Shown here piece by piece: positions 1 to 11,044 of a DNA stretch of 64,000 nt. The translations under genes and the position numbers were made by a program. Within the stretch, counting starts at the first letter, position 1. Each line of letters begins with the position of its first letter. This DNA comes from Psammoneis japonica (lineage: Eukaryota): assembly GCA_008632985.1 (NCBI GenBank), contig QPGO01000073.1, forward strand, positions 1 through 64,000. The letters run 5' to 3'. The notes below the pieces were generated by a model that worked only from the letters and a program-made list of their open reading frames with translations, was not told the DNA's origin and did no database searches.

Positions 1-137
1 CATGGCGCGTGATGGCTTGATTCGCACAATCCACAATGCGAACGCACGATCGATTTGAGGCGATCCAAATGCGAACGAATGGGGATTTGGCAAGATTCCC
101 CATTCGCACGATCCCACTTTCTCTGCTCTAAACCAGC

Positions 138-2778
138 TCACAAAGCCACAAATGGCGCAAAATCACAAAGGGCGCAAAATCACAAAGGGCGCACAATGTC
201 GGCAAAGGGTGCAAAATCACAAAGGGCGCAAAATGTCGGCAAAGGGTGCAAAATCACAAAGGTTGCAAAATCACAAAGGGCGCAAAATCACAAAGGGCAC
301 AAAATGTCGGCAAAGGGTGCAAAATCACAAAGGGCACAAAATGACAAATGGCGCCAAATTTAAAAGAGTGCAAAATGGCGGCAAATGGTGCAAAACCACA
401 AACGGCACAAAATCACAAAGGGTGCAAAATCACAAAGGGTGCAAAATGGCGGCAAAGGGTGCAAAATGACAAATGGCGCAAAATGACAAATGGCGCAAAA
501 TCACAAAGGGTGCAAAATGGCGGCAAAGGGTGCAAAATCACAAAGGGCTTGAGATGGCCAAGGGCACAAATTCACAAAGGGTGCAAAGTGGCGGCAAAGG
601 GCGCAAAATCACAAAGGGCGCAAAATGTCGGCAAAGGGTGCAAAATCACAAAGGGTGCAAAATCACAAAGGGCGCAAAATCACAAAGGGCGCAAAATTTT
701 GGCAAAGGGCACAAAATGACAAATGGCGCAAAATCACAAATGGCGCAAAATCACAAAGGGTGCAAAATGGCGGCAAAGGGTGCAAAATCACAAAGGGCTT
801 GAGATGGCCAAGGGCGCAAATTCACAAAGGGTGCAAAATGGCGGCAAAGGGTGCAAAATCACAAAAGGCGCAAAATCACAAAGGGCGCAAAATGTCGGCA
901 AAGGGTGCAAAATCACAAAGGGCACAAAATGACAAATGGCGCCAAATTTAAAAGGGTGCAAGATGGTGGCAAATGGCGCAAAACCACAAACGGCACAAAA
1001 TCACAAAGGGTGCAAAATGGCAGCAAAGGGTGCAAAATGACAAATGGCGCAAAATCACAAATGGCGCAAAATCACAAAGGGTGCAAAGTGGCGGCAAAGG
1101 GTGCAAAATCACAAAGGGCTTGAGATGGCCAAGGGCGCAAATTCACAAAGGGTGCAAAATGGCGGCAAAGGGTGCAAAATCACAAAATGCGCAAAATCAC
1201 AAAGGGCGCAAAATGTCAGCAAAGGGTGCAAAATCACAAAGGGCACAAAATGACAAATGGTGCCAAATTTAAAAGAGTGCAAAATGGTGGCAAATGGCGC
1301 AAAGCCACAAATGGCACAAAATCACAAAGGGTGCAAAATCACAAAGGGTGCAAAATGGCAGCAAAGGGTGCAAAATCACAAAGGGTGCAAAACCACAAAG
1401 GGCGCAAAATTTTGGCAAAGGGTGCAAAATCACAAAGGGCGCAAAATGACAAAGGGCGCGAAATGGCCAAGAGCCAAAAACAACAAAGGGCACAAAATGG
1501 CCAAGGGCTCAAAATCACAAAGGGCACAAAATGGCGGCAAAGGGCGCAAAATCACAAAGGGTGCAAAATGGCAGCTGAGGGTGCAAAATCACAAAGGGCA
1601 CAAAATGGCCAAGGGCTCAATGAATGCCACAAAGGGCGCAAAACGGCCAAGTGCTCAAAATGCTTCAAAGGGCACAAAATGGCCAAGGGTGCAAAATGGC
1701 AGCAAGGGCGCAAAATTGCAAAGGGCACAAAATCACAAAGGGCACGAAATGGCCAAGAGCCAAAAACAACAAAGGGTGCAAAATGGCCAAGGGCTCAAAA
1801 TCACAAAGCTTGCAAAATGGCGGCAAAGGGCGCAAAATCACAAAGGGCGCAAAATCACAAAGGGCACACAATGTCGGCAAAGGGTGCAAAATCACAAAGG
1901 GTGCAAAATCACAAAGGGCGCAAAATGTCGGCAAAGGGTGCAAAATCACAAAGGGTGCAAAATCACAAAGGGTGCAAAATCACAAAGGGCGCAAAATCAC
2001 AAAGGGCGCAAAATTTTGGCAAAGGGTGCAAAATCACAAAGGGTGCAAAATCACAAATGGCTCAAAATCACAAATGGCACAAAATCACAAAGGGTGCAAA
2101 ATGGCGGCAAAGGGTGCAAAATCACAAAGGGCTTGAGATGGCCAAGGGCGCAAATTCACAAAGGGTGCAAATTGGCGGCAAAGGGTGCAAAATCACAAAA
2201 GGCGCAAAATCACAAAGGGCGCAAAATGTCGGCAAAGGGTGCAAAGTCACAAAGGGCACAAAATGACAAATGGCGCCAAATTTAAAAGGGTGCAAAATGG
2301 TGGCAAATGGCGCAAAACCACAAACGGCACAACATCACAAAGGGCGCAAAATCACAAAGGGTGCAAAATGGTGGCAAAGGGTGCAAAATGACAAGTGGCA
2401 CAAAATGACAAATGGCGCAAAATCACAAAGGGTGCAAAATGGCAGCAAAGGGTGCAAAATCACAAAGGGCTTGAGATGGCCAAGGGCGCAAATTCACAAA
2501 GGGTGCAAAGTGGCGGCAAAGGGTGCAAAATCACAAAAGGTGCAAAATCACAAAGGGCACAAAATGTCGGCAAAGGGTGCAAAATCACAAAGGGCACAAA
2601 ATGACAAATGGCGCCAAATTTAAAAGGGTGCAAAATGGTGGCAAATGGCGCAAAACCACAAACGGCACAAAATCACAAAGGGTGCAAAATCACAAAGGGT
2701 GCAAAATCACAAAGGGTGCAAAATGTCGGCAAAGGGTGCAAAATCACAAAGGGTGCAAAGTGGCAGCAAATGGCACAA
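138..2778 (+). repeat. Satellite array of 17-bp (GGGTGCAAAATCACAAA) and 20-bp (GGGTGCAAAATGGCGGCAAA) monomers with a ~320-340-bp higher-order unit
   Basis: Monomers are directly visible. Marker GCCAAATTTAAAA recurs near 352, 941, 1262, 2274 and 2612; GGGCTTGAGATGGCCAAGGG recurs near 545, 795, 1116, 2129 and 2467. Confidence 0.95.
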
Positions 2779-2779
2779 A

Positions 2780-4090
2780 CTCATCATTTGGCTGAGCATG
2801 CAGCCACTGTTCCTGCATCATTTCCTCCACTTGTGTGGCAGCAGAGCCAAGTTTCAAGAGAAAAGTCACGTCTTTGTTGGGCAAAATGTTGGCTCCAAAG
2901 TCAATGAAATGCAGGCTTTGTTCTGCATTGTTGACTGCATCAGCTGCTGTTGCACCCACCTCAATGCACGAGATGTGCTCGCCACTGCCACTGTGCGATT
3001 TCTTAGCCCCCACTGCTTGTGCAGTGTGGATGCAGTTCTCCTTCAAATCCTTTGCGGCTGCCAGCAAATCAGAGGTGGGAAATTGCCCCTGCAATCAAAC
3101 CCCGTTTCCACGTGATTCCAAATGCCCTCTGCCACCCTCCAACCCTCGTCCTCTGACGCAATCTTGGTCAAAACCTTGAACACAGCAGAAAAGTGAAATT
3201 GCACAAAAAATCCCCTGATTTTGTTGTGAGAACCCAGCCTTTTCATTCTTTTGTTGCTGTTGCTGCGCTTGCTTTCAGGTGCTTCAAATGGGGAAAAATC
3301 TGACAGCTGCTTTCAGACAATTCTCTGCCAAATTTTTTTGTTGTTCTGTTGGTTCACCGCCTTTGTCTTCAGGAGGAAAAACAGGTTTGCAGTGTTTTCT
3401 GGCATGGCTGAGGCAAACATGCAGAACCACAATCAGCTCGTCTGTGAAGCAAGGCTTGTCTGGAATGCAGTGATGGCTGACATGGTGAAGACAGATGAAG
3501 ATGTTGACTCCAGCATGAGCAGTCTTGACAATGCCCAATTGAATGTGTGGCAGGTCAGACAGAGGAACCTGCTTTGGAGCCAAGCCCCTGACACAAACTG
3601 GCAAGTCTCCGGGCTCTCCATGGACAGCAAAATGACCTTTGCTGTTGACCTTCATCCCATCTGTGAGGGAACTCAAATGCAACTCTGCATGAACACCTTT
3701 GCAAAGCACCTGCATGAACTTGTCGGTGTCAATGCTTGCACCACAGATGGAATCTGCATCTTTGTGTAAAAAAATGATGTCACCATCTCTCAATTTTCTG
3801 TGTGGAAACAGCTCGGTGACAGTGTCGGTCTCCTTGTCTGCAGTGATTGTCCAACACTCTGGCAGTTTGATTGGACCGCCTTCCAGGCATTTGCCTTCTG
3901 CAGCCATTTGTTCAAATGCAAGCTGCTTTGCCTCCTCATCATTTGAAGCAGAGCAGATCATTTGATGCAAATTTTTCATGGTGGTGACATGCCCACACTT
4001 TTGGATCATGGACATGACAAGATCGCAGTGGGTTGGTTCGTCCATCTTGAAACAGGAGGCAGCGCCAAATCGATGCGGGACCACGTCCAT
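2780..4090 (-). pseudogene. Decayed ORF of unknown function, truncated by the satellite
   Basis: Protein-like frames 3284..4090 and 2744..3094 (SIDTDKF, LSDLPHIQLG, FIDFGANI), Tyr-free and Cys/His-rich. No family assigned. Confidence 0.4.
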
Positions 4091-4835
4091 TTGTCAAATG
4101 GGTGTGTCCAGTTTCTGGTTGGCTGAGTTGACATGAAAAAAATCAGCAGCCAGCAGGTGCCATGAAATCAATGCGATCCCACATCGATTTTGCAAAAGAG
4201 GTTGTGGGCTTGTCTCAGGGGACATTTTCATTGCGTTGAGTTGGAGAGGATGTCAGTCATGCAGCAAAGCAAACCAGCGCGTTGCTCAATGGAAAAGCAA
4301 TGACCTGTGCATTTGTTGATGAACAAGCAAAATCACAAACACACACTCATGTGGGTTGCGTCCACCACACGGGAAAAAGGCAACAAACACGAACAAAACA
4401 TGAACAAAACAATGAAAACAAAACACAAAAAGAAGACACGACACCATGAATGTGCCGAGCTTGTTGCTCCCAGCACAAGATGATCCCTCTGCGGCAACTG
4501 TCGTCACGCAGCAACAGGCACAGCTGTGAAAACTCACTGCTTGGGGGAGGACAGTGTGGGCTGGGTGTTTGTGGATGCCTTGCCTCATGAGTTTCAACGA
4601 AACAAGGAAGATGGGGGCACTGACAACAAAATCTGTGACTGGTGGAAGGAGGAGGATTGCCAAGGCTTTTGTCTGTGGTTCAACAAGAAGTGGCTGGCCA
4701 AGGGCAAAAATCCCAAACTAAAATGGCAAGCATGTGTTGACCCCCAGTTCCTGGCTCCATTGTTGAAGTTCACGACCATGCGCCTCTGCACCCGGTTTTG
4801 AAAATCGTCTGTCTGATGTTGCGTGTCATGCGAGA

Positions 4836-5230
4836 GATGCGTTCCAGCCCTGGGTGGGAGCTCGCAGCACTGACGTGTGACAACAACAATTTTTGTCATC
4901 CGTCGCATGTTTCGCACGTAGATTTCCACACACGACATTTAAAAAAATTGTCCAGACTCGCTGTTTTGCAAAGCCCCAGACGTTTCATGTGACAAATTTG
5001 TAGAAACAACAATGCGCCAGTTGCATTCTTCAATGTCTGAAGAATGTGACTGGCCAAGCAAAAAATGATGCACTTCAATCATGTGCGAGTTTGTGCGTTC
5101 GCAAAATTGCCTCATTTTCTGTTGGCGATCATTGGCGATTTAATTGCCGCACAACTTTGCTGCGGAGCTCGCACGTAGAAGTCTGCGGGCCCAATGTCCC
5201 ACGGATTCCCACCTGCATCTGGAACGCGTC
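4836..5230. mobile_element. MITE, GAC...GTC family, subtype A
   Basis: Ends GATGCGTTCCAG / CTGGAACGCGTC; TSD GAGA at 4832-4835 and 5231-5234; near-identical to 11097-11492. Confidence 0.9.
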
Positions 5231-7149
5231 GAGATGGAGATGATGCCGTCTCCATTTCGCGTGGTCTGTCCAGCACCATGTTTGTTTGGAAAAATTGACA
5301 CGTGCCTGCGCCAATCATGTGCCGGCATGATGATGTCTGTCTGACACAGCGTGTTGTGCAAAACAGAGATGACGCCTTCTCCATTTCGCACCTGCATGAC
5401 AAGACTTGCCAAACAACAATTTGACATTTTTTCCCTTGTGCAACCCACAGCAAACAGGCACTGAGATTCCACAAAGACGTCAGCCACAACAGCAGGGAAA
5501 TGATGAAAGACCCAATCGGCAAAGAACGTGCAATTGGAAATTTGGTGGGAACCTTGATGTTGAGAGAGATGGGCAGTCCAGGGTGTGTGGCAACAGCGCA
5601 CAACAAAATCTCACCAATTGACAAAGAGTTGACAGTGGAGCAGGCGCACACCATTTTCAGGGTCATTTGTGGCAAAGTGATCGTGAAGAACACAACAGTG
5701 CCAAAGAATCTGATGGGGGGTGTGAAGCCACTTTTCTGCGCAAGCACCCACTGGCAACCCCTGTGTGTGTTTCTGTGCGTGCTCTCGCACTGATGTCGCC
5801 CTTTTCAGACGGCGTTTTGCTGAGTCCCCTGTCAACCTTTTGGCCCCTTCTGCCATTGGCACACCCTTTCATCTCCATGATGTGCAACAATTTTCAGTGG
5901 AAACAACTGGCATCAACACTTTGTGGTTCGTGCGCTTGTTGTCTTGTTTGGCAATTTTTTGCGGATTCAGCGCGATTTCTGCACAGAATCCAGTGCAAGT
6001 TCTGTGCGCTTCAGAAACACATGCCGACAGTCATTGCATCTCCGATGCGATCAACTTCCATCCTTGCCCAAAAGCCCCCAACAATTTCTTTTGCTCCTGC
6101 TGGCCACTCAAGTTCTTCACCCCATGTGGTGAAAGTGCTGTCCCTGTTGTGGTGCCTGCGAGTGTTTGCATGGACAAACCATCGGCATCATCTGATGACC
6201 GTCCATTTGCTGCACAGATCGGCTTTTCTACGCAAGATTCAGCATCAACTCTACGTGAGAATGACATTTCTTCCAACGACCTTCTCGTCACATCACCAAG
6301 ACTTCCTGCTTCATCCTTGCAAGTCACGAACATCCCCTTTTCTGCTTGCTGGCCCACCAAGATCACTGTTCCGAGCAGTGAGCTGCACATTGTTGAGTTG
6401 GTTTGTGCAATTGTGAAATTCAACCAGTCTTTGTTGAAGACATGATTCTCCCTCAGAGGCAAAGATTTTCTCTCAGAGCATGCGCTGACTTTGAATTCTC
6501 TGCTTGACTTGATTGTCCTTTGCTGTGGTGGTTTGGGTGCCTTGCATCCTCTCCGAAAGAAAGCAATGGTCTCATTCTGGTGCAATTTTTCCTTGACCTT
6601 TTGTCGCTGGTGCGCATCGCTGCAAAGCGGCGCGTTGACCGACTGATCGCACGACATTCTGCCTCACTCTCCTTGCAGGGTGTGCTGGAAGTGTGGGTTG
6701 GCCGGCGCCGGTGTTGCTGGGCAAAGGTGCAATGGCACTTGAAATTGGGTTTTGGTTTTTTTTTTTGATGGGGGGTGTGAAATCAGATGGTGGATGCTTC
6801 AAGAAATTGAAGCCACCGTTGCGTCCCATGTCGAAAGGTGTCCCCTGCAAATTGGATGAAATCACCAACGAAGATTGGGAAAAACTGAAGAACAAACAAA
6901 AGAGTGAAAAAAAGGGAGCAGACATGGGAGATCACTTCAACAGGGTCAGCGCAAATGTCAGTCCGGTGGCCATCTCTCTGTTTGCTGGGGTGGCCAGTGC
7001 AAGAAACTGCGATGTTGCAGCCATGTGTCCTCTCAGTCAACCAGATGTCGACCAAAGGCATGCCAACAATGAAAAGATCTGAAACCCAGATTTCAACCCG
7101 CTGGTGCCTGTCTCCGAAAAGAGCTGTGTGGGGACTTTGCAGAGCGCGC

Positions 7150-8672
7150 ATGTCGGCAAAGGGTGCAAAATCACAAAGGACACAAAATCACAAAGGGCGC
7201 AAAATCACAAATGGTGCAAAATGGCGGCAAAGGGTGCAAAATCACAAAGGGTGCAAAATCACAAAGGGCACAAAATGGCGGCAAAGGGTGCAAAATCACA
7301 AAGGGCACAAAATGGCCAAGGGTGCAAAATCACAAAAAGTGCAAAACGGCCAAGTGCTCAATGCTTCAAAGGGCACAAAATGGCCAAGGGTGCAAAATGG
7401 CAGCAAAGGGTGCAAAATCACAAAGGGCGCAAAATCACAAAGGGCACAAAATGGCCAAGAGCTAAAAACAACAAAGGGTGCAAAATGGCCAAGGGCTCAA
7501 AATCACAAAGGGTGCAAAATGGCGGCAAAGGGCACAAATCACAAAGGGCGCAAAATCACAAAGGGTGCAAAACCACAAAGGGCGCAAAATGTTGGCAAAG
7601 GGTGCAAAGTCACAAAGGGTGCAAAATCACAAAGGGTGCAAAATCACAAAGGGCGCAAAATTTCCGCAAAGGGTGCAAAATCACAAAGGGCGCAAAGACG
7701 TGCTCCAGTCCCAGGTGATGCACAAAACGACATCAGATTTTGAGCACAGTTCATGCATCTTTTAGTGCGCGCAGCATTTCAGCACAAAATGCTCAGATGG
7801 TTGACTTTCACAGGCTTCTGGAGTGTGAACATTTGAACAGTTTTTTGTGGGGTGCTCAAATCCTCATGGGACATGTGTCACAAACTTCCTCAGCAGACTC
7901 ACTGCTGATTGTGCATCAGCAGATTTACGCTGAGATTTTTTTGCAGGTGGAAAACCTGCCAAGTGACATCGTAGAAAGACACACTTGGGTGACATCCACA
8001 TGACGGCAACATTTTCACCGAAAATCATCCGTTGTGTTGCGAGTCTTTCAGCGCAATGAAAAACACAGACAGCACAATGACGACGACATTGCAACACTCA
8101 CACGTGTCTTGTCAGTGTTGCAAAACATTTGTGTTTGTACAAATCCACACTTTTGGTGGTGAAAGTTCGATCGCAAGTTGGGGACCGCGCAAAAATCGCA
8201 AAAATGTTGTTTTTGTGCACGATTTGGTTCACGTGCGGCTGGAACACGTCCAAAATGACAAATGGCGCAATGTCACAAAGGGTGCAAAATAGCGGCAAAG
8301 GGTGTAAAATCACAAAGGGCACAAAATCACAAAGGGCGCAAAATGTCGGCAAAGGGTGCAAAATCACAAAGGGTGCAAAATGACAAGTGGCGCAAAACCA
8401 CAAATGGCACAAAATTTTGGCAAAGGGTGCAAAATCACAAAGGGCGCAAAATGACAAAGGGCGCAAAATCACAAAGGGCACAAAATGGCGGCAAAGGGTG
8501 CAAAATCACAAAGGGCACAAAATGGCCAAGGGCGCAAGATGGCCAAGTGCTCAAAATCACAAAGGACACAAAGTGGTGGCCAAGGGTGCAAAATCACAAA
8601 GGGCACAAAATGTCCAAAGCTGCAAAATCACAAAGGGTGCAAAATCACAAAGGACACAAAATGACCAAGGGC
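7150..8672 (+). repeat. Second block of the 17/20-bp satellite, same orientation, split by a MITE
   Basis: Same monomers as 138-2778, present at 7150-7696 and 8251-8672. Confidence 0.93.
7697..8250. mobile_element. MITE, GAC...GTC family, subtype K, inserted in the satellite
   Basis: Ends GACGTGCTCCAG / CTGGAACACGTC; TSD CAAA on both sides. Confidence 0.85.
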
Positions 8673-8957
8673 TTGGGTGAGTTGGTGCAGCGCGGATGCT
8701 TTTGTGATGGAGAAAGTTTGTGAAATCCTCAAAGTTGTTGTTGTGTGAGTTTGAGGATGAGTTTCCTGTGCATGGGAATGGTTTGAAATGAAATGAATGA
8801 CAAGTTGTGACAGGTTCACAACTGGGCAAAATTGTGGAATTGAGAAAGTGATTGTTGCACAAATGGAGCCATTTTGAAAGACAAATGTTTGATGCATTGA
8901 ACAGAGTTGCAAGCAAGATGCATGTGCGGCGCTTGCAGATGAAATGAATGTGCTTTT

Positions 8958-9445
8958 GACGTGCCTCAGCTCTGGGTGGGACGTCGCACTGCTGAACTGT
9001 GACATGGTTGTTTTTCATCATCCGCCTTTTGTCATGAAAAATTGTTCCACACTGCCTGTTTTGCGGGGGTGGGACGTTGCACTGCTGAGCTGTGACATGA
9101 TTGTTTTTCATCATCTGTCGCATGTTTTGCACGTGCATTTCCACGTGTTTTGTCATAAAAAATTGCTCCACACTGCCTGTTTTGCAAAGCCAAAGGCTTT
9201 CTGTTGTCTGCATTTGTGGCAATGGAAATGCACTGGGCGAGCTCTTTGACAACTGAAGAATGCACCTGGACATGCTGCAAAGAATGTGCTTCAAGTGTGG
9301 AGGAGGAGACACATTTGCAAAATTGTCTCTTTTTTGTTGGCGATCATTTGCATGTCCATTTCTCAACAATTTTGGTGCAGAGCTCACACGCAGAATTCTG
9401 CGGACCCAATGTCACAAATGGTCCCACCCAGGACTGGAGCCCATC
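8958..9445. mobile_element. MITE, GAC...GTC family, subtype F, with an internal ~90-bp duplication
   Basis: Ends GACGTGCCTCAG...GGTGGGA / TCCCACC...CTGGAGCCCATC; TSD TTTT; first ~90 bp repeated from ~9068. Confidence 0.8.
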
Positions 9446-10718
9446 TTTTTTTTGGCTTTTGGATGGCAAGCGGACATGTGAAAATTCAATGCAGTTGAAA
9501 TGAAAATGAATTTTTCTGATTTTTGCAACGGGAGATTGACGCAGGAACAAACAAGAAGGGTTGCATGACAGACACCAGCAACTGCGTGGCAGAGTGAGGC
9601 CCACCATGAAGAATTGTTGGAAAGGATCCATCTGCTCCAATGGAGAAGAAATCCAAATCTGCACAAGCACTCTGACCTGGGCGTGTGTTGTCATGCCAAA
9701 ATCCAATGAGCACGAAACTGGAATGACCACATTTGTCTGTGGTGGAAAGAGTGGTGTGCAAAACTTGCCCCTGGATTGCCAGTTGATGACCTGCTTGCAA
9801 AGAACAATGGACAAAAACCGTTCTTGTGGCCTTCTTTGACAGCTGGACTGTCCATGAAACTTTTGAAGATCCACAAGCATTTGCTCCAAAGAGTCAGCTT
9901 GAAATGCTCTCCACCAACTCCAGCACCATTGTTGCCATGAATGTGCTCAATTGCACTGTCATGGGCAAAGTTGTCATCATCAGTCAAGAGAAACATTTTC
10001 ATTGCACATGGCTGCAGAGATGCCAGGTGGGTTGCAAACTGTGTTGCAAGCAAGAGAAGCAAGCAATGTGGCCTTGCAAGATGGCTCCCGACAGCTTGTG
10101 CAGATGCCACACATGACAATGCCCAATGGCCCAGGCACTTGGACAGGAGGAGGAGGAACATGGGCTGCATGCTGCCTCTGTTCTGGATGGAACATCAGAG
10201 AGGCAAAATAGGGTGTGCAAGTTGTGGGGCATTGTTGCCCACCTTGCGATTCTTGGCTTGCTCTTTCATTTGTTGGGAGCACACCTCTCTCTGACTGAAG
10301 TGCAGGTTTGCTCATTGGCGCTCCACATTTGTCATTCATTTCCACCCTTGCTCACTCATTTTTGACACGATCATTGCCCCATGACCCAAAATTGTTGCTT
10401 TCCACATTCCCACCTGAAACAAGACAAAACTGCGCTGGACCGGCACATGCATGTTCTGCTCTCAGCAACTCCATCAAATTTTCGTGCTCTTTGTCACCAT
10501 TGAGGGATGTCATTGAAGTTTTCCATTGAAATTGTTGCGTGCGATGCTTTCATGTTGCACGTCAACACATCATGTGCCTGTGCAGCAAAAACAGTGATCA
10601 CAACACAAACTCTCACCTTGTTCTCAGCCGGTCAATTGTGCTGCAATCAGATTTGTCCTTCCTGCACCATCTCCATGGAATTTCTGCCCTGTGAACTCAT
10701 TGCCTGGCTGGATGAAAA

Positions 10719-10902
10719 TGAGTGAATGCTGCCATGACAGCTGAGAATTGGGTGCAAGACAAGATGGAGTGTTGAACAGCATCAACAGGTTCTAGAGTTG
10801 TGAGATGTTGCGCTGCTGGGGCCACTGAACAAGCGACAGTGGACCAATCGCCAACAGTGCATAAACTGCCTGCATTTGTGACAGCATGTCAGCATTTGTT
10901 CA
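10719..10902 (-). repeat. 3' LTR of copia 1
   Basis: Same length as and colinear with 20294-20477; TG...CA ends; adjacent polypurine tract at 10903-10910. Confidence 0.9.
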
Positions 10903-11044
10903 GCCCCCTCGAACTGACACCAGCTCCGCTCGGGTCAGATCGACAGACAAATGCCACCTGATGCTGCCCTGTTCCAGGGCAGCAGTTGTGTTTTGGTGGT
11001 GGGAAAAGCCGCACCTGCACGGCAAACCCGTTCGGTTTGTCCCC

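Noticed and set aside
55..2795. Long K/Q/G-rich ORFs in the satellite
   Set aside because: Open in all three forward frames only because the repeat lacks stops; no coding signal.
138..8672. CRISPR array or telomere
   Set aside because: No unique spacers or cas genes, the context is eukaryotic, and the unit is not a TTAGGG-type repeat.
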